Shown one piece after another: positions 28,327 to 38,979 of a stretch of DNA of 64,000 nucleotides; position 1 is the stretch's first letter; each line of letters begins with the position of its first letter. The DNA lies in assembly GCA_050246315.1 (NCBI GenBank), contig JBFWWG010000007.1, forward strand, positions 32,001 through 96,000. The letters run 5' to 3'. A program made the translations under genes and the position numbers. Source of the DNA: Nitrospiraceae bacterium (GTDB lineage: Bacteria > Nitrospirota > Nitrospiria > Nitrospirales > Nitrospiraceae). A model generated the notes under the pieces. That model was given only the letters and a program-made list of their open reading frames with translations, ran no database searches and was not told the origin of the DNA.

Positions 28327-29238
28327 CTACACCGGCGTGAGCCAGCCGGAATGGGCTGAGTTCTCGCCTCGGACGATCGAGAAGAAAGCCTGTTGAAGCG
28401 AGGTCGTGATTGGCCCCGGCTTTCCGTTTCCGATCCGGCGGCCGTCGATCTCGCGAATAGGGGTCACTTCGGCCGCGGTGCCGGTCACAAAGGCTTCCTC
28501 CGCCACATACATCGCATCCCGCGTGAACCGCTCTTCAACGACCGGCAGATTTCGCTCGCGGGCGAGTTGCATGAGGGAATTGCGCGTGATCCCCTCCAGA
28601 ATCGAGGTCAATGGGGTGGTGATAAGCCGTCCTCGGCGCACGATAAAGACGTTCTCGCCGGTGCCCTCGGCCACATAGCCGTCGGGATCGAGCAGGATGG
28701 CTTCGTCGTACCCATTTGCCTTGGCCTCCCGCTTGGCCATGATGGAATTGACATAGTAGCCGGAGATTTTGCCTCTCGTCATCGATACGTTCACATGGTG
28801 GCGCGTGAATGACGAGACGCAGGCCCTCATGCCGTGCGCCAAGGCTTCCTCCCCCAGGTAGGCGCCCCAGCGCCAGGCGGCAATCGCGAGTCGGATCGGA
28901 TTGTCGCCCGGATGCACGCCCATCATGCCGTACCCGATATACACGAGCGGGCGGATATAGCAACTGTCGAGCTTGTTCACGCGGACTGTTTCGATGATCG
29001 CATCCGCCACCTGTTTCTTGTCATACGGAATGGTCATCATCGCGATGTGCGCCGATTCAAACAGCCGATCCACATGCTCGTACAATCGAAAAATAGCCGA
29101 CCCCTGTTTGCCCTGATAGCACCGGATCCCTTCGAATGCGGCCAATCCGTAGTGGAGCGAATGGGTCAGGATGTGGACGTTCGCCTCGCTCCAGGAGACA
29201 AATTGGCCATCCATCCAGATTTTCTCACTTGCCTGCAT
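28327..29238 (-). CDS. ilvE: Branched-chain amino acid aminotransferase
   Basis: LHYG..FEGIR, YIRP, EGTGEN, ILEGITR, GTAAEV. Confidence 0.96.
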   Translation of the reverse strand: MQASEKIWMDGQFVSWSEANVHILTHSLHYGLAAFEGIRCYQGKQGSAIFRLYEHVDRLFESAHIAMMTIPYDKKQVADAIIETVRVNKLDSCYIRPLVYIGYGMMGVHPGDNPIRLAIAAWRWGAYLGEEALAHGMRACVSSFTRHHVNVSMTRGKISGYYVNSIMAKREAKANGYDEAILLDPDGYVAEGTGENVFIVRRGRLITTPLTSILEGITRNSLMQLARERNLPVVEERFTRDAMYVAEEAFVTGTAAEVTPIREIDGRRIGNGKPGPITTSLQQAFFSIVRGENSAHSGWLTPV

Positions 29239-29434
29239 GGGTCCTCGCCACCGGAGTGCTGGGGGTAGATCGAACGGATGTACTGCCGCTCTGCATGCCT
29301 GTCATTTGCACTTGTACCATGGACCGCCTGGTTCAAGCCAGCCTCAAGCGGATTGCTTGACACCTTCTTTCCCGATGTGATACCTGTGTTGGTCTTTCAA
29401 AAATCCAGCGCACAATTACAGGGATCTTCTCACT

Positions 29435-29749
29435 ATGTATGCCATCATTGCCGCAGGCGGAAAACAATACCGCGTGGAGACGGGTCATGTACTCCAGGTC
29501 GAAAAGCTTCCGGGTGACGTAGGCGCCACCGTTGAGTTGAAGGATGTCCGGTTGATCCAGGGCGACCAGGGTGTCGTGATCGGCCAACCGACCGTCGCCT
29601 CCGCCCGTGTGACCGCGGAAATCATTCGCCAGGGTAGGACCAGGTCGATCATGATCTTCAAAAAGAAGCGCCGGAAGAACTATCGCCGGACCAAAGGGCA
29701 CCGACAGGCCTTCACGCAGATCCGGATTACAGGCATTGAAACCAAGTAG
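29435..29749 (+). CDS. rplU: 50S ribosomal protein L21
   Basis: [20 protein letters not shown]...GHRQ. Confidence 0.97.
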   Translation: MYAIIAAGGKQYRVETGHVLQVEKLPGDVGATVELKDVRLIQGDQGVVIGQPTVASARVTAEIIRQGRTRSIMIFKKKRRKNYRRTKGHRQAFTQIRITGIETK

Positions 29750-29766
29750 TCGCGAGGTACGGTACC

Positions 29767-30024
29767 ATGGCAACAAATAAAGGCGGCGGATCATCCAGAA
29801 ACGGTCGGGATAGCAATCCTCAATATCTCGGGGTCAAGGCGTATGGAGGACAGGTCGTTCCTGCCGGGAGCATTATTGTGCGCCAGCGGGGGACCAAGTT
29901 CTTCCCGGGCTTCAACGTCGGCATGGGTAAGGACCACACCCTGTTTGCCAAGATTTCGGGCGTCGTCAAATTCGAAAGCGGACGCGCGCGCGCCCGGGTC
30001 AGTATCCTCCCCGTCTCCTCTTGA
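29767..30024 (+). CDS. rpmA: 50S ribosomal protein L27
   Basis: [26 protein letters not shown]. Confidence 0.97.
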   Translation: MATNKGGGSSRNGRDSNPQYLGVKAYGGQVVPAGSIIVRQRGTKFFPGFNVGMGKDHTLFAKISGVVKFESGRARARVSILPVSS

Positions 30025-30159
30025 GCGAGCCCGCTTGTCACCGCCCCTTTCAGTCGGAGCCTTCACTGGACAAGCTCTCCTGACTTTTGATTGAATCTCG
30101 TTCTCTGACCGGTCCTGAAACGGGCCGGTGGCACTGACTGCTTATCAAGCAGGCTCCTC

Positions 30160-31185
30160 ATGTTCGTTGACCAGGTACGTATCTTCGTCAAGGCCGGGGC
30201 CGGTGGAAACGGGGCCTGCAGCTTCCGACGGGAGAAGTACGTCCCCCGGGGCGGGCCCGACGGCGGAGACGGAGGAGCTGGCGGGTCCGTGATCCTCCAA
30301 CCCTCACACCGGCTGACCACCCTGCTCGACCTGCGCTATCAACAGGAATACCGGGCCGACGCGGGAAGACCGGGCGATGGTTCGAACAAGCAGGGCAAAA
30401 CAGCATCGGATGTCGTGGTCAGCGTCCCGGTGGGGACATTGATCATGGACGACGAGTCCGGGGAAGTCCTCGCCGACTTGACCGCCGAGAGCCAAACCTA
30501 TGTAGCGGCTCGCGGAGGACGGGGTGGGCGAGGCAACGCGCAATTTGCCACCTCGACCAATCAAACCCCGACCCACTGCCAACCCGGACAACCGGGCGAG
30601 GAACGGTGGCTGCGGCTTGAGCTGAAACTGCTGGCCGATGTCGGATTAGTGGGCCTGCCCAATGCGGGCAAGTCCACCTTGATCGCGGCCGTATCTGCAG
30701 CCCGACCCAAGATCGCGGACTACCCCTTCACAACCCTGATCCCGAACCTCGGCGTCGTCCGGTGGGACGAGGAGCATCACTTTGTCATCGCGGACATTCC
30801 CGGTCTGATCGAAGGGGCTCATGAGGGCAAGGGGTTGGGCCACCAATTTCTTCGTCACATCGAGCGGACCTCTTTGCTCTTATATCTCGTGGATATCTCC
30901 GACTGGACGACGGACGACCCCGTGGAGGCGTTCTTGACCCTCCGTCGTGAGGTCGAAGCCCACGACCACACGCTGAAGAAGCGGCCCTTCGCAATCGCCG
31001 CCACCAAGCTTGACATCCAAGGTGACGGCCGCCGTCTTGCGGACCTCCGAGCCTTCTGCAAGAAACGGCGCATTCGCCTGTTCCCAATTTCGGCCGCCAC
31101 GCGGGAAGGGCTCGACGGCCTGATTCGCTTCCTCGGCAAACAAGTCCTGACGCTGAGGCAAACTCCGTGCGCGAGCAACTACTGA
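30160..31185 (+). CDS. obgE: GTPase ObgE
   Basis: MFVD, FRREKYVPRGGPDGG, GLPNAGKST, DYPFTT, DIPGLIEGA. Confidence 0.98.
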   Translation: MFVDQVRIFVKAGAGGNGACSFRREKYVPRGGPDGGDGGAGGSVILQPSHRLTTLLDLRYQQEYRADAGRPGDGSNKQGKTASDVVVSVPVGTLIMDDESGEVLADLTAESQTYVAARGGRGGRGNAQFATSTNQTPTHCQPGQPGEERWLRLELKLLADVGLVGLPNAGKSTLIAAVSAARPKIADYPFTTLIPNLGVVRWDEEHHFVIADIPGLIEGAHEGKGLGHQFLRHIERTSLLLYLVDISDWTTDDPVEAFLTLRREVEAHDHTLKKRPFAIAATKLDIQGDGRRLADLRAFCKKRRIRLFPISAATREGLDGLIRFLGKQVLTLRQTPCASNY

Positions 31186-32291
31186 AAGACGTCTCCCGCC
31201 TCGTGGTGAAGATCGGGAGCAGCCTGATCGCATCCCGCAACCTGGGTCTGCGCGAAGATCGAATCGAGCGTCTGGCTGCCGAAATCAGCGCGATCAAGCA
31301 GGAGGGCCGCGAGGTGCTGATCGTCACCTCCGGCGCAATTGTATCGGGCCTGACCAAGCTGGGGCTGTCCTCGTCCCCGAAACACCTGCCGGTCAAACAG
31401 GCCGCCGCCGCAGTGGGGCAGAGCCGGCTGATGTGGGCCTATGAAAAGGCATTCGAACGATTCGGCCAGAAGGTCGCGCAGGTACTGTTGACGCACCAGG
31501 ATTTAGCCGACCGACGACGATTCTTGAACGCCAGACATACCTTGACGGCGCTCTTGGCATTCAGCGTGATCCCGATCATCAACGAGAACGACACCGTCGC
31601 CGTGGACGAGATCCGCTTCGGCGACAACGACACGCTGGGGGGGGAAGTGGCCCATCTGGTCGATGCCGGCCTCCTGGTCATCCTCTCGGATGTAGACGGC
31701 CTGTTCACGGCCGACCCTCGCAAGCATCACCACGCCACATTGATCCCGCTGGTCGAGAAAGTCACGGATGAGATTCAACAGTTGGCTGGCGCCTCTTCCA
31801 CCCTCGAAGGAACGGGAGGAATGGTCACCAAAGTCAGGGCTGCGAAGAAAATCGCATCCTACGGCGTCGGTACGCTCCTGCTTAACGGCGAACAGCCGGG
31901 GCTATTGCAGTCCGTCCTGCACGGTTCGCAAGGCGGAACCGTCTTCCTACCGCAATCCCGTCGGCTGGGAAGCCGAAAACATTGGATTGCCTTTACTCTG
32001 CGATCGAAAGGAAGCCTCACACTGGATGACGGCGCCGTAGAGGCTCTGGTCGAACGCGGAAAAAGCCTGTTGGCCTCCGGCATCACCGGGATCGCCGGCG
32101 ACTTCCAGGCGGGAGACGCCGTGGCCTGCCTCACTCACGACGGAAGAGAATGTGCCAAGGGTTTGGTAAATTTTTCCGCCGACGCCCTGATGCGGATCAA
32201 AGGCCTCAAGACCACCGAGATCCGTGAACGATACGGACAACAGGAATACGAGGAAGTCATCCATCGGGACAACCTGGTCCTGCTCGACTAA
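31167..32291 (+). CDS. proB: Glutamate 5-kinase (with PUA domain)
   Basis: VVKIGSS, AAVGQ, INENDT, FGDND, GTGGM, VIHRDN. Confidence 0.97.
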   Translation: MREQLLKDVSRLVVKIGSSLIASRNLGLREDRIERLAAEISAIKQEGREVLIVTSGAIVSGLTKLGLSSSPKHLPVKQAAAAVGQSRLMWAYEKAFERFGQKVAQVLLTHQDLADRRRFLNARHTLTALLAFSVIPIINENDTVAVDEIRFGDNDTLGGEVAHLVDAGLLVILSDVDGLFTADPRKHHHATLIPLVEKVTDEIQQLAGASSTLEGTGGMVTKVRAAKKIASYGVGTLLLNGEQPGLLQSVLHGSQGGTVFLPQSRRLGSRKHWIAFTLRSKGSLTLDDGAVEALVERGKSLLASGITGIAGDFQAGDAVACLTHDGRECAKGLVNFSADALMRIKGLKTTEIRERYGQQEYEEVIHRDNLVLLD

Positions 32292-32300
32292 CCCCTACCC

Positions 32301-33035
32301 ATGTCCCTCCCTCGCCCCGCAGCGCAGACCGGCCAGCGACCACTGAAGATCGGCCTGCTCGGCGGCACGTTCAACCCCATTCACCGCTGCCACCTCACGG
32401 TCGCCCACAACGTGCGCCAACGGCTGAACCTGGATCAGGTGCTCTTCATTCCGACCGGCGATCCGCCCCATAAGCTGGCCGGCGGTCTGGCTCCGGCCGA
32501 AGATCGGCTGGCGATGGTGCGGCTGGCCTTGGAAGAAGAATCCTGTTTAACGGCCTCTGACCTTGAAGTCAGGCGGCCTGGCCGTTCCTATTCGATCGAC
32601 ACGGTGACCTTTCTTCAACAGGAATGGGGAGCGACCGCGGAGCTGTATTTTCTGATCGGTCTGGATGCCTTCCTCGATCTCTCGACTTGGCGGCGCGCCG
32701 ACGACCTGCTCACCTCCTGTCACTTTGTTGTCGTCTCGCGGCCTGGCGCCTCCTTCACCGCACTATGTCGTATGGAGTTGCTGCCGCGCCTCGACGACGC
32801 CGCGCTTCGCGCCTTGGAGAACGGCCGCATGGACTCCGTGGTGTTCGACCTGCCGTCGGCACGACGTCTATTTCTATTGGATATCCCACCTTGTTTGGTC
32901 TCGGCAACGTTGATTCGCGAGCGTCTTCGGCATGGGGCCAGCCTCGACGGTCTCTTGCCCGCTCAAGTTGAATCCTATATACTTCGCAAGGGGTTATATC
33001 GGGAGAGCCATCATCTCGCTGGATTCAAAAGCTAA
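32301..33035 (+). CDS. nadD: Nicotinate-nucleotide adenylyltransferase
   Basis: GGTFNPIH..H, PPHK, SYSIDT, LIGLD, VSATLIR. Confidence 0.95.
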   Translation: MSLPRPAAQTGQRPLKIGLLGGTFNPIHRCHLTVAHNVRQRLNLDQVLFIPTGDPPHKLAGGLAPAEDRLAMVRLALEEESCLTASDLEVRRPGRSYSIDTVTFLQQEWGATAELYFLIGLDAFLDLSTWRRADDLLTSCHFVVVSRPGASFTALCRMELLPRLDDAALRALENGRMDSVVFDLPSARRLFLLDIPPCLVSATLIRERLRHGASLDGLLPAQVESYILRKGLYRESHHLAGFKS

Positions 33036-33438
33036 GGCACTGGCCATCGCACGCGCGTCGTTGGATAAGAAAGCCTCCGATGTGCGTGTCCTGCATGTGG
33101 CCGCACTGACCTCCGTCGCTGATTACCTCGTCATCTGTTCCGGTGAATCTGAACGGCAGGTCCGCGCCATCGCGGACAGCATCGACGGAACCCTGTCCTC
33201 ACAGCGCCACCCACCGCTGAGCATGGAGGGCGCATCCTCGGCAAAATGGATTCTCATGGACTTCGGCGATGTCGTGGTTCATATTTTCCACAGCGCCGTT
33301 CGCGAACACTACGGGCTGGAACGCCTGTGGTCGGATGCGAAGCGCATTCGCATTCCCAGCACGATACCGTCCCCTCAACCGGCGGAACGTCCGCGGCGGG
33401 CACACTCTCGAGCATCCGGGCTCAGCCGTGGAGCCTAA
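33013..33438 (+). CDS. rsfS: Ribosome silencing factor RsfS (start codon uncertain)
   Basis: DKKA.DV, DYLVICSG.S.RQV, WILMDFGDVVVH, YGLERLW. Confidence 0.92.
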   Translation: MSLDSKAKALAIARASLDKKASDVRVLHVAALTSVADYLVICSGESERQVRAIADSIDGTLSSQRHPPLSMEGASSAKWILMDFGDVVVHIFHSAVREHYGLERLWSDAKRIRIPSTIPSPQPAERPRRAHSRASGLSRGA

Positions 33439-33441
33439 GCC

Positions 33442-34839
33442 ATGTTGCGGTTGCTGTTCTCGATCTTCCTGTTTACGGTGGTCTTCCTCTTCTACGGTTA
33501 CTTCCGCGAGCTGAACCCCGGCACCATCACCATCCGCACCAGCCCCACGGTCGCCCTCGAACTCAGCCCCGTGACGCTCATTCTATCGTCGATGGCCGTC
33601 GGGGTTCTGATTGTGACGGTCATCGTGGGCATTCGCGAAACCACACATCTGATCGGAGCCTGGCGCAGCACCAGGCTCCAGCGCCGTCACGAGAAGGGGA
33701 CGGCCCTGCATCAAGAAGGTATGCAGGCGTTCCTGTCGCGCCGGCTCGGCGACGCCAAGACGATCTTCCAAAAAGCGCTGGCTATCGATTCCCATCGAAT
33801 CGAAACCCTCATCTGGCTCGGCAACCTCTATCGGGCCGAACACAATTTCGTTGAAGCAATCCGATTGCACCAGACCGCCCACCGGGTCGAGCCCCGCAAC
33901 ATCGAAGTCCTGCTGGAACTCGCCACCGACCTGGAGGGCGCCAAACGGTATGAGGACGCGTTGCAGGCCTTGCAGGATATCCTTCGCATGGATTCCGACC
34001 ATCTGACCGCGCTCATCCGCAAGCGCGATCTGCTCATTCGGTTGGAAAAGTGGGGTGAGGCCCTGGAGATCCAGCACCGGCTGGTGAAGGCCAATCTGCC
34101 GGCGGCCGACGCTGGTGCCGCATCCGACCTGCTGGTCGGCTGCATGTACGAAGTTGGCCGGCAATTTCTCGAGCGAGGCCATCCGGAAAAGGCCCGCCGC
34201 TACTTCCGAGGCGCGATTAAGAAGGACCGGCGCTTTTTGCCCGCCTATATCGGCCTTGGAGAAATTCTGCTGCACGAGGGCAAGATCAAGAACGCGGTGG
34301 AGATTCTCGAGAAGGTCTATGCCAAGACCAAGAGCATCATCCTCCTCCATCGGTTGGAAGAATTGCATCTGGAACTCGGCGAACCGGCGGAGATCATCCG
34401 CATCTATCAGAGCGCCATTCAGCGAGACCCGCAGAACCCTGTCCTCCAGTTCTACTTGGGGAAGCTGTACTATCGCCTGGAGATGGTCGATGACGCCTAT
34501 GAACTGTTGAGTGCGCTTGAAGGTCCCCACGACCAGTTGGCTGACTACCATAAGATCATGGCCAACCTGCATCTTCGCAAGCACCAGATGGAGGAGGCCG
34601 TGATCGAGCTCAAGAAGGCGCTCGGATTCCGAAAGCGGGTGGTGGTTCCCTACCGGTGTCTGCATTGCCAAGTAGAATCCAAAGAATGGTCCGGCCGCTG
34701 CCGCGCCTGTGGGCAGTGGAACTCCTTCGTGGCCCTGCCCTGGCTGGGGTCGCCGCCTCAGGTGTCCGACCAAGAATCCTCGCAACCGGCTCCCCGTCCG
34801 ACCTACCAAGGTGTTGCATCGCCGTTTGAAACCGTGTAG
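33442..34839 (+). CDS. lapB: LapB-like TPR protein with N-terminal LapA-like TM region and C-terminal rubredoxin-type Zn site
   Basis: Two N-terminal TM segments, multiple TPRs, YRCLHC...WSGRCRACGQWNS. Confidence 0.72.
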   Translation: MLRLLFSIFLFTVVFLFYGYFRELNPGTITIRTSPTVALELSPVTLILSSMAVGVLIVTVIVGIRETTHLIGAWRSTRLQRRHEKGTALHQEGMQAFLSRRLGDAKTIFQKALAIDSHRIETLIWLGNLYRAEHNFVEAIRLHQTAHRVEPRNIEVLLELATDLEGAKRYEDALQALQDILRMDSDHLTALIRKRDLLIRLEKWGEALEIQHRLVKANLPAADAGAASDLLVGCMYEVGRQFLERGHPEKARRYFRGAIKKDRRFLPAYIGLGEILLHEGKIKNAVEILEKVYAKTKSIILLHRLEELHLELGEPAEIIRIYQSAIQRDPQNPVLQFYLGKLYYRLEMVDDAYELLSALEGPHDQLADYHKIMANLHLRKHQMEEAVIELKKALGFRKRVVVPYRCLHCQVESKEWSGRCRACGQWNSFVALPWLGSPPQVSDQESSQPAPRPTYQGVASPFETV

Positions 34840-34878
34840 GCTTCCGCTTCTTTTGATCGGCGCACAGCATCCATTCCC

Positions 34879-35925
34879 ATGATGAGCGACACACTGTATC
34901 AATCCTGTGCGGCCAAAGCGCTTCGCGACGAATCTCTGACTCGTGAGGAGTCGGCGGCTGTCTTGTCGACTCCGGACGATCACCTCCTGAAGCTGCTCGA
35001 CGCAGCCTTTGCCGTCCGCCAGCGGTATTTTGGACGCAAGGTCCGACTGCAGATGCTGCAAAACGCAAAGAGCGGCGCCTGTCAGGAGGACTGCCACTAT
35101 TGCTCCCAATCTTCGATCTCGACCGCACCAATCGAACGCTACGGGCTGCTGCCACGCGAGGCCATGATAGCAGGAGCCCGGCAGGCGGCCGCATCCAAAG
35201 CCCAGCGCTATTGCATCGTGATCAGCGGCAGAGGCCCGTTGGATCGAGAGATCGACGAAATCTCCCAGGCGGTCCGCGCGATCAAACGGGAAGTCCCGAT
35301 ACAAATCTGCTGCTCGTTGGGACTGCTGAACGGAGATCAAGCCCGTCGATTGAAATCGGCCGGTGTCGACCGCATCAACCACAACCTGAACACGAGCGAA
35401 CGACACCATCCGTCGATCTGTACGACACACACCTATCAGGACCGGTTGGCCACCATTCGCCATGCGCGCGACGCGAATCTTGAGATTTGCTGCGGCGGCA
35501 TTCTCGGCATGGGTGAGCAGGACGAGGATGTCCTGGACCTGGCGTACGCATTACGGGAGGTTCGGCCGCACTCGATTCCGCTGAACACCTTGCATCCGGT
35601 TCCCGGCACACCGCTGGAAGGCTGCCAGGACCTCAGTCCACAGCGTTGCCTGAAGATCCTCTGTCTGTTCCGGTTTCTCCATCCAAGGACAGAAATCCGG
35701 GTCGCCGGCGGGCGGGAGCACAACCTCCGCTGGCTTCAACCGCTGTCGCTCTACCCCGCCGATTCCGTCTTTGTGAACGGCTACCTCACCACACCGGGAC
35801 AACCGGCGCCCGATGTCTGGAAGATGATTGAAGACCTCGGATTCGAGGTCGAAGTGCAGGATGACCAGCCTACCGGAGCCGGGCAGGAAACCGGATCAGC
35901 GATTCCTCTTTCTCGTCACTCATAG
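34879..35925 (+). CDS. bioB: Biotin synthase
   Basis: CQEDCHYCSQS radical-SAM motif, CCSLG, NHNLNT, CCGGILGMGE. Confidence 0.96.
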   Translation: MMSDTLYQSCAAKALRDESLTREESAAVLSTPDDHLLKLLDAAFAVRQRYFGRKVRLQMLQNAKSGACQEDCHYCSQSSISTAPIERYGLLPREAMIAGARQAAASKAQRYCIVISGRGPLDREIDEISQAVRAIKREVPIQICCSLGLLNGDQARRLKSAGVDRINHNLNTSERHHPSICTTHTYQDRLATIRHARDANLEICCGGILGMGEQDEDVLDLAYALREVRPHSIPLNTLHPVPGTPLEGCQDLSPQRCLKILCLFRFLHPRTEIRVAGGREHNLRWLQPLSLYPADSVFVNGYLTTPGQPAPDVWKMIEDLGFEVEVQDDQPTGAGQETGSAIPLSRHS

Positions 35926-38522
35926 CGCAACCCCTCCGCAGGAACCTGTCTGCTCACCCAACGAGCCGGCCAGGCACCGGCGACGAGCGCCGCTCCCATG
36001 GCCAACACGACCGCCTGTGCCAATACCGGAAACGAGATCGTCAGATGCACCGTCCATCCAAAGGATTGTTTATTGATGACCCGCACCAACACCAGGGCCA
36101 GGCAGAGCCCGCTCGCCACACCCAGGATCGCCCCGATCACGCCAAGATACAGCGCTTCCCAAAGGACCAAGCCGGTCACCTGGCCATGGCTTGCTCCCAT
36201 GGCCCGCAAGGTAGCGAATTCCCTCTGTCGTTCCAGCACCGCCGTGAGCAATGTATTCACGATGCCCAGCACCCCGACCATCACCGCGATCACTTCCAAT
36301 ACATAGGTCAGTGCAAAGGTGCGGTCGAAGATCGTCAGAATCTCCCTCCGCAGGTCTGCATTCTTGATCACCGTGAGAATGGGCGCGGATCGGCTGAGTC
36401 CCAGAAATTGCCATTCCAATCGGCGGGTGACCTCGTCCAGATCGGCGCCAGGCTCAAGGTACACCGGCACCACCGTGGCCCCTTCTTCTCCCCAGAGCTC
36501 CCGGAACAGCGAACGGTCCATCACCATCTTTCCGCCGTCGGTCGCATAGTCATAAAAGACCCCCACCACGGGAACGGTCCGTTCTCCCGCGGGCGTCGGA
36601 ATCACAATTACGTCGCCCTCACGTAAGCGAAGCGCGTTTGCCAACACCTCGGAAACCACGACTCCTCGGCGGAGGATCGCCTGCCGGAGGATGGTCTCCG
36701 ACTCGCCGGCGGTGAAGAGATACCGGCTCCGTTGAGCATGGAGCGTCAGATCTCTGGCAACGATCGACCGCGGACGCCCGTCGAGTTCGATCCGGAGGTC
36801 ACGATAGGAATCAACCGCCTCCACACCGGGAGTCCGGGCGATTCGGTCCGTCCAAGCAAGGGGGATCAAAACATCGCGACCGCCTTCATGCCCCGCATAG
36901 GGCCATCCACCAGGCGCTATAATCAGGTCCGCAACTACCGTCTGGTCAATCCAGGCCTCCACGGTCTGGCGGAAGCTCTGAATCATCAACACCACCCCGA
37001 CCATGATCGCCAGTCCGATCATGAGGGCAGAGACCGTCACTCCATTTCGCCCGGGCGACCGTCCCGCGGTTTGGACGGCCAGAACCGGGAAAATGGCCCT
37101 GGGGTGGGTGTTCCATCGATCCCACGCTCGGAACAGGCTCCCTCCAGCACAGACAGATATCAGCGGTGGCGCCAGGAACGAAAACCCGATCAAGAGCAGG
37201 AGAACCGAAAGATACCCTCCCACCGGAATCGCCCCTACCGGGGGTAGGATCGACAGGCCCGCAGAGCTGATCAGCAGAGCCACTCCGGTCCAGACGTGCC
37301 GCGAGACCCGTATGGGTCTCGCCGAGTCGTATCCGCCGACCGAGAGCGCTTGAACCACCTCGGTTCGTGCGGCCTCGATGCTCGGCCCCAGGGCACCCAG
37401 CAGTGAGAATCCCGTTCCGAGAAGCAGGCCCCTCCCCAACAGCGGAAGAACAGCAACGTCGAGATGCGTGCTGGCCGAGACCGCGGCATAGAGATCGGTT
37501 ACCGTGCGTCCGACCAACAGGATCAAGCGATCAGCCAACACCAGCCCCAGAAGGCTGCCCAGCATCCCCCCCGCTATGCCGAACACGGCACCTTCGATCA
37601 AAAACAAACCGGCCAGCATCGGCTCCGACATCCCGATCGCGCGCAAAATGCCGATCTCCCGGCGGTGCTGCGCGACTGAGAACGATAGCGTGTTGTAGAT
37701 CAAAAATCCGCCTACGAGCAGCCCAACCAGGCTCAACATCAGGAGATTAAGCCGAAATGCCTGCACCATCGCATCCATCTGCTCCCCCCGTTGCTCCGGT
37801 CGTCTGGCATGGAGCGAGGGGGGAAGCAGGGCCTGGACCTGGCCCTGTATCTCTTCCAGGGACTGTTCCGCCTCGACTAAGAGTTCGATTCGATCTAGCT
37901 TCCCCACCCGTTCAAAGAGTTCCTGGGCCGCGGCAATGTCCATGACAGCCAGGTCGTCCCAGACAGACGGCCCATGAGACGCTCCTTCTATAATGCCGAT
38001 GACAACCAGCCGGTGAGGTTCGACCCCGGCGATGACATCCAAGTTGCGGCCAGATTGCGCACCGATGCGATCGGCCAGGCGACGCCCGACCAAGACCGCC
38101 CTTTCTTCGAACCATCGAGGGGTGGGGGAGTTCGGCAGATCATCCTGAAGTTTTACGGGTTTGATCCGTTCCAGATCGAGGAGATCCAGAGCGAGGACTG
38201 AAAAGGCTAAACCGGAAGCCGAGTGGCGAAGCCCTTCCTGGAGCACCGGCATGGCGGCGAGCACCCCTGGGATGCCGCGCAAGGGGACGATGATCTCCTC
38301 GGCAAAACTCCCTGTGTCCGAGACCACCTCCAACCTTGCCCCACCGGCAACCTCGAGTACCGCTTCTTGGAACGACTCCAGGACCACCTGATTGGCGCTT
38401 TGGAGCCCCACCGGCGCCGCAACTCCCAGACTGACGCCGACGATGGTCAGACCCGTGCGAAGCGGATGGCCAGTGACATGGCTCTTGGCCAAGCGCCAGG
38501 CGCAGAGCAGGAGCCCGATCAT
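35916..38522 (-). CDS. Large FtsX/MacB-type ABC transporter permease (duplicated domains)
   Basis: Two MacB-PCD/FtsX halves, RREIGILRAIG and REFATLRAMG, INKQSFGW. Confidence 0.9.
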   Translation of the reverse strand: MIGLLLCAWRLAKSHVTGHPLRTGLTIVGVSLGVAAPVGLQSANQVVLESFQEAVLEVAGGARLEVVSDTGSFAEEIIVPLRGIPGVLAAMPVLQEGLRHSASGLAFSVLALDLLDLERIKPVKLQDDLPNSPTPRWFEERAVLVGRRLADRIGAQSGRNLDVIAGVEPHRLVVIGIIEGASHGPSVWDDLAVMDIAAAQELFERVGKLDRIELLVEAEQSLEEIQGQVQALLPPSLHARRPEQRGEQMDAMVQAFRLNLLMLSLVGLLVGGFLIYNTLSFSVAQHRREIGILRAIGMSEPMLAGLFLIEGAVFGIAGGMLGSLLGLVLADRLILLVGRTVTDLYAAVSASTHLDVAVLPLLGRGLLLGTGFSLLGALGPSIEAARTEVVQALSVGGYDSARPIRVSRHVWTGVALLISSAGLSILPPVGAIPVGGYLSVLLLLIGFSFLAPPLISVCAGGSLFRAWDRWNTHPRAIFPVLAVQTAGRSPGRNGVTVSALMIGLAIMVGVVLMIQSFRQTVEAWIDQTVVADLIIAPGGWPYAGHEGGRDVLIPLAWTDRIARTPGVEAVDSYRDLRIELDGRPRSIVARDLTLHAQRSRYLFTAGESETILRQAILRRGVVVSEVLANALRLREGDVIVIPTPAGERTVPVVGVFYDYATDGGKMVMDRSLFRELWGEEGATVVPVYLEPGADLDEVTRRLEWQFLGLSRSAPILTVIKNADLRREILTIFDRTFALTYVLEVIAVMVGVLGIVNTLLTAVLERQREFATLRAMGASHGQVTGLVLWEALYLGVIGAILGVASGLCLALVLVRVINKQSFGWTVHLTISFPVLAQAVVLAMGAALVAGAWPARWVSRQVPAEGLRYE

Positions 38523-38665
38523 CCAGCCCCCTTCATGGACAGGGCCTTCTGGCCGGGTAGATGAGCCGGCCGATCCGATCACGCACAGGAAAAAAACCAC
38601 AGGCCTAGGGGTTTTACCAGCAGGTAGTTTACAGGGGCTGTCGGCTGTGCTAGGCTAGCCACACT

Positions 38666-38968
38666 ATGAAGACGCACCGAAAGACAACCAAACGAGCCAG
38701 ATCGCCTGTCAGATCGCGAGCCCGTGCGACCGCCGCCACACGCTCGGTCCCGAGATTGGCCCTGACGCCTCGACAGAAGGAAATCCTGCGCTGTGTCGCT
38801 CAAGGTCTGACCAATCGAGAGACGGCGCACCGATTACGGATCAGTGTGCGCACCGTCGAAGTGCACCGCTTCAATCTCATGCGCCGTCTGGGAGTCCGGA
38901 ACGTGGCCCAGTTGCTACGCCAGGCCCTGATGCACAAGTTTCTCCCGAAGAATTTTCTCGCCCGATAA
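38666..38968 (+). CDS. Stand-alone LuxR-type HTH transcriptional regulator
   Basis: LTPRQKEILRCVAQGLTNRETAHRLRISVRTVEVHRFNLMRRL; basic low-complexity N-terminus, no receiver. Confidence 0.85.
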   Translation: MKTHRKTTKRARSPVRSRARATAATRSVPRLALTPRQKEILRCVAQGLTNRETAHRLRISVRTVEVHRFNLMRRLGVRNVAQLLRQALMHKFLPKNFLAR

Positions 38969-38979
38969 GCCGCGGCCCC

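Noticed and set aside
33583..35463. Long antisense ORFs (626 aa here; also 19670-21421, 14414-15973, 2940-3974, 16499-17575)
   Set aside because: They are shadows of well-supported genes on the opposite strand in GC-rich DNA and have no recognisable motifs
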